NCBI GenBank assembly: GCA_051294375.1
Contig: CM119271.1
Location: forward strand, 3,883,102-3,947,101
Source: Paraspadella gotoi
Taxonomy: Eukaryota > Animalia > Chaetognatha
Direction: 5' to 3'
Length of the DNA stretch: 64,000 nt
Shown here piece by piece: positions 56,092 to 64,000 of the stretch (its first letter is position 1; the number at the start of each line of letters is the position of its first letter). The position numbers and the translations under genes were made by a program. Under the pieces are notes generated by a model, which saw only the letters and a list, made by a program, of their open reading frames with translations, was not told the DNA's origin and searched no databases.

Positions 56092-56289
56092 GAATTTGTC
56101 GCTCAATGGAGGGAGTGTGGTATTGAGAGCTTTCGAGATGAATCCTTACTCGCTGTCGGTTCCTCGAACCACTTGGCTCATATTCTTTATTCTTTTCCCT
56201 TATTGTACAAGGAACGACAAAGAGCATCTGTATGGATCATTGTCACGTTTGTCGAGAAGAACGTGGCTCTTGCGCAAAGGATTCTATCA
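56092..56289 (+). CDS. Possible further Cys-rich exon with frameshifts
   Basis: Phase-1 join to the previous exon gives R-ICRSMEGVWY, then a stop or shift. The 3' part reads GTTKSICMDHCHVCREERGSCAKDSI before a strong donor a|gtaagt. The acceptor (gag) is weak. Confidence 0.35.
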
Positions 56290-56669
56290 GTAAGTAATAT
56301 ATATATATATATATATATATCGTTAGTTTAATGTTTAATTTTCTAGTTGATCTTTTTTTTTGAAAAACAGAGAAACGCGGTAAACCGTGACCGGTCAAGT
56401 ACGGGAACGAGGCGTTTCGAGGCCCCATTGAGATACGAAACGATTTGCAGCGTCGTTTTGGAAAATGAAAAGTTTTTTAAAACGGTTTGCCTTTTGTTTT
56501 CTGTTGGGAAAACGGATAAGTTAACCTGTTACTAGCGTAGTGTATCAACAGTGTAGACTAGTTACTAGTGTGAGCTACGAATTTCATTTTCGTTTAATTC
56601 ATAATTTATAGTTGCTTTCTTCGTCGTCGTCATCTCGCTCTAAGAACGAAGCAGAATTCTCGCGTGAAA

Positions 56670-57095
56670 GAGTTTTCGAGTACTCGCGGAGCAACTCTAT
56701 AAGTTACTTTTCAGTCAGTCTGTCCCACTCATGTCAAAAGTGTACATAATTTGCCTATAGTTGCTAGCGCCGCCTTCAGGAAATCTTAAGAGTATAAAGA
56801 ATAAAAGATAAATTTCTGATGCAGTGTATGTAAAAATACACAGGCTAAGAAAGTTATTGTAGTCATGTAGTCATATTATGTCGCGTTATGTTATGTCAGG
56901 TTATGTCACGAGAACCTTACATCTAAGTGACTACTAGCACTACTTTTGTTTTTAAAAAATCCATAAAGAATAAAAGACGAATTTCGATGCGGGCGCGGGT
57001 TGAATATTTATTAGTAGTCACATGATCACCCGGAAATACACGGCGCNNNNNNNNNNNNNNNNNNNNNNNNNAACACATTTTAATTACCGTTCTTG
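56670..57095 (+). mobile_element. HINE/DINE-1-like element (5' hairpin incomplete)
   Basis: gagtactcgcggagcaactc, gtcagtctgtcccac, 3' cggcgc[N25]aacacattttaattaccgttcttg. Confidence 0.65.
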
Positions 57096-58366
57096 TTTTT
57101 TGAATATTACGCATGGAATATTAGTCGATGTTTCGGCTGCTAAAAATGATTATTCTCCCAGTTTTGTTACATTTCGTTATTCCGTAATTCATAAACAGGC
57201 GTATTTTTGTGATCTACTAATTACCAGGTTAAGAAAATGCTAGAAGTATTTGGAGGAAGCAGAAATTTTTTTAGAAAAAAAAAGTTTCTGAAAGTTTTAA
57301 TTTTTTTCTTTGTACAAAGAATTAATTTTAAGAATATTCGGCCGGTATAAGAATATATCGAAAAACCTCGGAAATAGAGAGAGAGAGACACATACAAAAC
57401 ATGATGCGCTTTTTTGGCGTCTCCTTGAATCTAGTCAGTCATGGCATCGCATCGCGAAAGCAGTCATGGATATAGATCCCAAACTTTTCAGAAGCGAGTC
57501 GAAGCCTAAAACTACTAATGAGAAAAAAGTATCTTTCAAGGCTGAAAACCACTGCGACGCATAAACTAAAAGAACAAACTACTGCTTACTTCGTTATTTA
57601 CGTCGTCTGAAACCCACTTGGTCTCCCCCTGGTGTCGTGGTATTCAGGGAAATTGAACGGAAATAGAGAGAGAGACCACGCAAAGCTTGATGCCGCTTTT
57701 TTGGTGTTCTTCTTAAACCTAGTCAGTCATGGCGTCGCATCGCCGAAAAGCGATTTTCGCTTTTTCAATTAATGTTTCGGTTCTTTGTTTCTAATTAGAG
57801 GCAAATCTCTGTTTTGATTCCCTTTGTGCATTTGTTAATGATGAGAGAGAGAGAGAAAGAGAGATGAGAGAGAGGAGAGACAACAAATCGATTTCGAAAT
57901 TAAACTATGATTGATTTTCGCCGTCGCGCTCGCACTAATGAGTTTTTCGTTTCGTCTAAGAAATTAAATGTTAAAAATAAAGTTTTAGACTTTAGGCTAA
58001 ACCAAAGGTTTAAAAATAATTATTCCAGTGTGAGATGTATAAAAAACTTGCCAGCGAATGTTTTTTTTTTAATCATTACCGTTCTTAATGAAGTTTAATA
58101 GTGAATGGGGATGCAGCTTGGGGAAAAAAATGAGAGAGAAATTAAAAAAAAGAAAAAAAAATCTCATAAAAAAATATGGAAAGAGTCGGAACTAGGAACG
58201 AGAAAAAGTTAGGGCTAATGAAGTAAAGATACTAAAGAGTTCTAAGATAAAAGAATGTAAAAAAAGCAAAAAGGCAAAGTAGATCATAAAACAATATGAC
58301 AGCAATTCGCGTCCAAATAATCGTATTTGGATTAAATATTTTTTTTAGCCACATTCTCGCGCGAAA

Positions 58367-58671
58367 ATGTCGAGATTTTCTTTCTTCTTTTTTCTTTTTT
58401 TCTGGCGCTTTATTTTTTATCGCGACGACGCCGGTTGCGACAAGCGCCGACGACGACAAGGACGACGCCGACACCGACGCCGACTCCGACGCCGAGCGCC
58501 GACTCTGACTCTAGCGGACCTCCCGCTGCTTTGATCTCACGTGCGGCGCCCGACAAGCAGCTTTGCAACTACGACCTCGATCAACGCTACTGCTTGGTTT
58601 GGAAGAAGAACGCCACTCTCACGAAATGTGCCACTCCTAGCGAGTGCTAACCAGAAATGCCAAATGGAAGG
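58367..58671 (+). CDS. Probable first coding exon of a secreted Cys-rich protein (copy 1, frameshifted)
   Basis: aaaATG follows a ttttttag acceptor at 58348. Phe-rich signal-like segment, acidic DAD repeat, then QLCNYDLDQRYCLVWKKNATLTKCATPSEC..QKCQME and donor gtgaga. Confidence 0.55.
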
Positions 58672-58679
58672 GTGAGACG

Positions 58680-58728
<49 letters not shown>

Positions 58729-59891
58729 AAGAGAAGAGAGAGAGAGAGAGAGAAGAGAAGAGAAGAGAGAAGAGAGAAGAGAAAGAAAGAGAGAGACGAG
58801 AGAAAGAAATGGTAGATTTTGGAGCTTGAAAATCGGTTGTTGATTTATTGATTGGAAGACCTTGGCAAAACTTGAGAGACTTCAGCCCCGAGTATGAGGA
58901 CCTGCCCGCTTCCCGAATTTCTGTGATTGAACCGCATTCCTTTTTGCCTCTCTGATCTTTTTTTCTTTTCTAAATTTTGTTTGTTCTCTTCGATAGTTTT
59001 CATCGTCTGAATTTTTTGCAAACCGTTTCCTCATTTCTCTTTCAGAAAAAAAAAAAATTGATTGGAAACGGAATTTTTTTTTTTTTGTAATAATCGTTTA
59101 AACTTTATATACGATCTCTCTCTAGTTTTTTTGTCAACTATGCATGAAACTAATAAATTAAATATATGAGAACCTAGATAGGGGGAGCCCCACTCAATGG
59201 GGTGAGTCAAAAATTTAGAATGATTACATGCTCAAACGAAAATTTATACATTTTGAAGTATACTTTCAATGGACAAAACATTTCTTATGTGGCTCTATAC
59301 CCAAATAGATAGCTCATAAAAAGTTGTCTACACAAAGTATAATTCTTTTTTAAATATTTTCATGATAAGTGAGTCAAAAATAAGAAAAACCGTAAAAAAT
59401 CATCATCTTTCGATAATTTTATCAGTTTTTTTATATTTTCACATAGAAAACATAAAAATTTTTAAAAGCTGTAATTATATTTCTTGTTTAACTTTTTATG
59501 CTCTATCAGAATCCATCAAAAAATTTTAAGATTTAAAAAAACAAATTTTATAATGTAAAAAAAGACAAGTAATATTCAATGTATTAATCAAGANNNNNNN
59601 NNNGACCGGTCAAGTACAGGAACGAGACGTTTCGAGGCCCCATTGAGATACGAAATTATTCGCAGCGTCGTTTTGGAAAATGAAAAGTTTTTTAAAACGG
59701 TTTGCCTTTTGTTTTCTGTTGGTAAAACGGATAAGTTAAGCTGTGACTTGCGTAATGTATCAACAGTGTAGACTAGTTACGAGTTACTAGTGTGAGCTTC
59801 GAATTTCATTTTCGTTTAATTCATAATTTATAGTTGCTTTCTTCGTCGTCATCATCTCGCTCTAAGAACGAAGCAGAATTCTCACGTGAAA

Positions 59892-60332
59892 GAGTTTTCG
59901 AGTACTCGCGGAGCAACTCTATAAGTTACTTTTCGATCAGTCTTTCCCACTCACATCAAAAGTGTACATAATTTGCTTATAGTTGTTCATTAGTATTATT
60001 ATTATTATTCATTAATATAGAAAAAACTTAAATTTAAGGGATTGCTAGCGCCGCCTTCAGGAAATCTTAAAAGTATAAAGAATAAAAGATAAAATTATGA
60101 TGCAGTGTGACAGGCTAAGAAAGTTATTGTAGTCATGTAGTCATATTATGTCGCGTCATGTCATATCATGTCACGAAAACCTTACATCTAAGCGACTACT
60201 AGCACTATTGTTTTTAAAAAATTCCATAAAGAATAAAAGACGAATTTCGATGCAGCGCTGGTTAAATGTTTATTAGTAGTCACATGATCACCCGGAAATA
60301 CACGGCGCAACACATTTTAATTACCGTTCTTG
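59892..60332 (+). mobile_element. HINE/DINE-1-like element (counterpart of 56670-57095)
   Basis: Same ends, and contiguous cacggcgcaacac where copy 1 has a 25-N gap. Confidence 0.65.
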
Positions 60333-61512
60333 TTTTTTGAATATTACGATGGAATTTTAGTCGATGTTTCGGCTGCTAAAAAATGATTATTCTCCCAGTT
60401 TTGTTACATTTCGTTATTCCGTAATTCAGTAAACAGGCGTATTTTTGTGATCTACTAATTACCAGGTTAAGAAAATGCTAGAAGTATTTGGAGGAAGCAG
60501 AAATTTTTTTTAGAAAAAAAAAAATTTCTGAAAGTTTTATTTTTTTCTTTGTACAAAGAAATTAATATTAAGAATATTCGGCCGGTATAAGTATATATCG
60601 AAAAACCTCTGGCTTTTTAAGGCAAAATTCAGTCATGGATATAGATCCCAAACTTTTCAGAATCGAATCGAAGCCTAAAACTACTAATGAGAAAAAGTAT
60701 TCTTTTCAAAGACTGAAAACCACTGCGACGCATAACATAAAAGAACAACTACTGCTTACTTCGTTATTTATCGATCGTCTGAAACCCAACTCTGGTCTCC
60801 CCCTGGTGTCGTGGTATTCAGGGAAATTGAACGAAATAGAGAGAGGACACGCAAAACTTCGATGCGCTTTTTTTGGTGTCTTCTTAAACTCTAGTCAGTC
60901 ATGGCGTCGCATCGCGAACGTTTTCTTAATTAGAGGCGAAATCTCTGTTTGATTCCCTTTGTGCATTTGTTAATTGAGAGAGAGAGAGAGAAGAGAAGAT
61001 AAGAGAGGAAGAGACGAGACAACAAATCGATTTCGAAATTATAACTATGATTGATTTCGCCCGGCGGCTCGCAAACCTTAATGAGTTTTCGTTCGTCTAA
61101 GAAATTAATGTTAAAAATAAAGTTTAGACCTTTAGGCTAAACCAAAGGTTTAAAAATAATTAATCCAGTTTTGAGATGTATAAAAACTTTTGCCAGCGAA
61201 TTTTTTTTTTTTTTTTAAATTTTCATTACCGTTTCTTAAATGAAGTTTAATAGTGAATGGGGATGCAGCTTGGGGAAAAAAAATGAGAGAGAAATTAAAA
61301 AGGAAAAAAAATCTCAAAAAAATATGGAAAAAAGAGTCGAACTAGGAACGAGAAAAAGTTAGGCTAATGAAGTAAAGATACTAAAGAGTCTAAGATAAAA
61401 AGAATGTTAAAAAAGCAAAAAGCAAATAGATCATAAACAATATGACACAATCGCGTCCAAAAATATCTATTCTGCGATTAAATATTTTTTTTAGCCACAT
61501 CTCTCGCCGAAA

Positions 61513-61826
61513 AGTGTCGAGATTTTTCTTTTCTTTCTTTTTTCTTTTTTTCTGGCGCTTTATTTTTTATCGCGACGACGCCGTTGCGACAAGCGCCGAC
61601 GACGACAAGGCGACGCCGACCCCGACTCCGACGCCGACGCCGACGCTCGACGCCGACTCCGACTCCCTAGCGCACCTCCCGTGCTTGATCTCACGTGCGC
61701 GCCGACAAGTCAGCTTTTGCAACTCACGACCTCGATCAACGCTACTGCTTGGTTTGGTAGAAGAGAACGCCACTCTCACGAAATGTGCCACTCCTAGCGA
61801 TGCTACCAGAAATGCCAAATGGAATG
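61513..61826 (+). CDS. Same first exon, copy 2 (different frameshifts)
   Basis: Homologous to 58367-58671. The 3' end reads TLTKCATPSDA.. / CYQKCQME in adjacent frames. Confidence 0.5.
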
Positions 61827-62094
61827 GTGGAGAGAGAGAGAGAGAGAGATCTGAGAGATAGATGAGAGAGAGAGAGATAGATGAGAGCAGAGCAGAAGAA
61901 GAGAGAGGAGAGAAATGGTAGATTTGGAGCTTGAAAATCGTGTTGTTGATTTATTGATTGGCAAGACCTTTGGAAGGGACTTCAGCCGAGTATGAGGACC
62001 TGCCCGCTTCCCGAATTCTCTGTGATTGAACCGCATTCCTTTTTGCCTCCTGATCTTTTTTTACTTTTCTAAATTTTGTTTGTCTCTCTTCTAG

Positions 62095-62149
62095 GTGTTC
62101 ATCGTCTGAATTTTTTGCAACCGTTTCCTCATTTTCTTTGCCAGGAAAA
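62095..62149 (+). CDS. Possible small internal exon
   Basis: ctcttctag| ... |gtaagt. A phase-2 join to the previous exon gives W-CSSSEFFATVSSFSLPGK. Confidence 0.35.
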
Positions 62150-62565
62150 GTAAGTTATTGACTTTTTGATAACTCGATTCTTTTTAATCGTTTATATTAC
62201 GCCTCAAATCAATGATAATAAAAAATATCCCTTAAACAACTATAGTTTTCTGGTGAACTCTGCATGTGAATATACTAGAATCAAATTAAATATGAGAACC
62301 TAGTAGTACTTCATCCAATTCTACAGATCTATTCGATTAAACACATTTTTATCCATTAAGACGATTGGAATATAATATTTAAGGTTAAGGAAAGTTGAAA
62401 GGCAAGAAAGAAGGCAGAAAAGTACAATAAACAAAAAAAAGAAGAATCAGCTGAGCAGAACAGAAGAAACTAAAATAAATAAAAAGGACGTTCCGTATTC
62501 GTTATGCCTTTTTTGGATCACTTATATATTGTAAAGCTGCATGCATTTTAATAAATGCGGAATGA

Positions 62566-62661
62566 GAATCATCATTATGTTTTCCTGGGCTTGTCTTCAT
62601 CCTCAGGGGATCCCTGCCTTGCTGCTGCTGCGATGATGACGACTGTTCCACAAACACTGAC
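62566..62661 (+). CDS. Exon (3' part) ending Cys-box module 1
   Basis: ESSLCFPGLVFILRGSLPCCCCDDDDCSTNTD|gtgagt (phase 0). The frame continues upstream (IRYAFFGSLIYCKAAC) through one in-frame TGA at 62563-62565. Confidence 0.6.
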
Positions 62662-62924
62662 GTGAGTTTATCAAAAAGAAATATTTTCTCAGACTCGGTC
62701 TTCTCTCATGTTTGTTTGTTGATTATGTTTGTAATTGTTTGTATTGTTTGTTTGTATCCATTTCATTAATAAGGGGTGAGAAGTTAAAAAAAAGAGTGAG
62801 ATCAAATAGGTACAACCAATATTAAAATTATCCATTAATTTAAAAACTAAGCTATTTCGCCCCTGACTTTAGACAGGCTTCGATGGTTCAATAATTTGAT
62901 AATTTAAGAATTCTCGTTACTCAG

Positions 62925-63049
62925 GTTTGCGAAAACTCTTGGACAATAGTTTTGATGAACGAACAGAATTTCGATTGCCGCAAGATCATTGAGCCGAAGA
63001 CGATGACGTCGACGACCCCGGGGGCTCAGTGCTACATTCGCAAAAGCAC
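62925..63049 (+). CDS. Internal exon (phase 0 to 2) of the tandem three-finger-like protein
   Basis: ctcag|VCENSWTIVLMNEQNFDCRKIIEPKTMTSTTPGAQCYIRKS(T)|gtgaga. Phases match both neighbours. Not in the ORF track. Confidence 0.75.
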
Positions 63050-63183
63050 GTGAGAAGTCGATGCCCTTTTGTTTTAGTTGAGTTCGCTTCCGCCGCCGGC
63101 GCCGTAGAAAGTTTGAAAATAACGTAATAAAAAAAAAACAAAAAGGCAGCGGCATTTATTATTTTACCTCTTTAATTTACCAG

Positions 63184-63501
63184 ATTGAACGACGAGGTTA
63201 GGTTCTTTCGCGGCGTAACTTACCCGGGATTCCCCAACTGCAGCGAGGTGTCTTTTTGCTGTTGCGGCATCGATCGCTGCAACAAAGACCTGGAGCTTTG
63301 TCTCGCGACTCGTGGGTGGGAGGCGATTGCGGCCGATGTTGCCTCCACCACCACCGCTTCCCCGAACTCCACAGCCTCTACCACCACCACCTCTCCACCG
63401 TCTCTCGAGTGCTTCGTCCACGAATCCTCTCCGGAAGCCGTCAAAGAATATTGCGCGGGAAATAAAAAGTTCCTTCCGCTTTGTTACTATAAGAAAACCA
63501 A
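63184..63501 (+). CDS. Internal exon (phase 2 to 2): Cys box of module 2, S/T linker, start of module 3
   Basis: ccag|..LNDEVRFFRGVTYPGFPNCSEVSFCCCGIDRCNKDLELC..STTTASPNSTASTTTTSPPSLECFVHESSPEAVKEYCAGNKKFLPLCYYKKT(K)|gtaaga. Confidence 0.85.
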
Positions 63502-63835
63502 GTAAGAAGGATGAATTGCGTTGATATATTGCAAAATTTATAATATAAGAGTCATTTTATTATTTCATTATATTATATTTTGCTTCGATACTATTTTTTT
63601 TTTTTTTGGCTGAGTATTCCATTTGTTAAAATAAATATCTTGTCTTTTGTCTCCTCTGACATGGCGAGATAAGATATTTTCACGTTATTGACATAGAAAA
63701 ACGTTGCATAGTTTATATCCAGACTCTCTCGGTTTAGTTTATTCACTCCAGATTTTTCTAACCTTTTTTTCATTAAATGGGATATTACTAGTTTTCGCTG
63801 TTATCATAGTTTAATTTAATTGTTATTATATAAAG

Positions 63836-63965
63836 ATTTAATCAAAGGTACGGCGTCGCCGCTGGCTGCACCAACACAGACAGAATTTGCAAGGGAGAAG
63901 TGAATCGTTGCTGTTGTTTTGGCGACGATTGCAATCTGAGTTGGGAAAACTGTAAAGAATACAAG
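63836..63965 (+). CDS. Exon completing module 3; the gene likely continues past the window
   Basis: taaag|a (phase 2), then FNQRYGVAAGCTNTDRICKGEVNRCCCFGDDCNLSWENCKEYK|gttagt. Confidence 0.8.
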
Positions 63966-64000
63966 GTTAGTGAAGCTGATGATGACACTTTTCACGTTAG

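Larger units (their letters stand above)
56389..59177. repeat. ~2.8-kb direct duplication, copy 1 (copy 2 = 59604-62303)
   Basis: Both start gaccggtcaagtac and end atatgagaacctag. They differ by substitutions and indels; copy 2 starts right after a 10-N gap. Confidence 0.9.

Noticed and set aside
63184-63965. Calling the gene an activin/TGF-beta receptor
   Set aside because: True receptors have one ectodomain followed by a TM segment and kinase. Here the modules are tandem and no TM or kinase is visible, so no gene symbol is given.

Overview
This is an AT-rich eukaryotic scaffold, most likely from an invertebrate animal. It has GT-AG introns, long (GA)n microsatellites, CpG-rich exons and TTAGGG-like tracts; the taxon cannot be fixed from the sequence. 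Most of the window is repeat: non-autonomous DNA transposons (a TA-flanked mariner-like MITE, hAT-like MITEs, a 3-kb long-TIR element with Chapaev-type ends and a visible empty site, and many Helentron/DINE-1-like HINEs), a tRNA-derived SINE and a ~28-32-bp satellite. Assembly problems are evident: a ~12.2-kb tandem duplication across a 25-N gap, two 25-N gaps that a second copy shows to be zero-length, and error-rich single-read-like stretches including inverted copies. Nearly all listed ORFs are spurious. Real coding signal is limited to spliced + strand exons for extracellular Cys-rich proteins. These are an 8-Cys protein with a signal peptide and GPI-like tail (40.2-41.1 kb), a frameshifted Cys-rich exon series (54.4-56.3 kb), and a multi-exon gene (58.4/61.5 kb to beyond the window end) with tandem three-finger-like modules each ending CCC-x4-C-[NS]-x5-C. 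No rRNA, CRISPR array or autonomous transposase was found. The best novelty candidate is the tandem-module protein and its Cys-rich neighbours.
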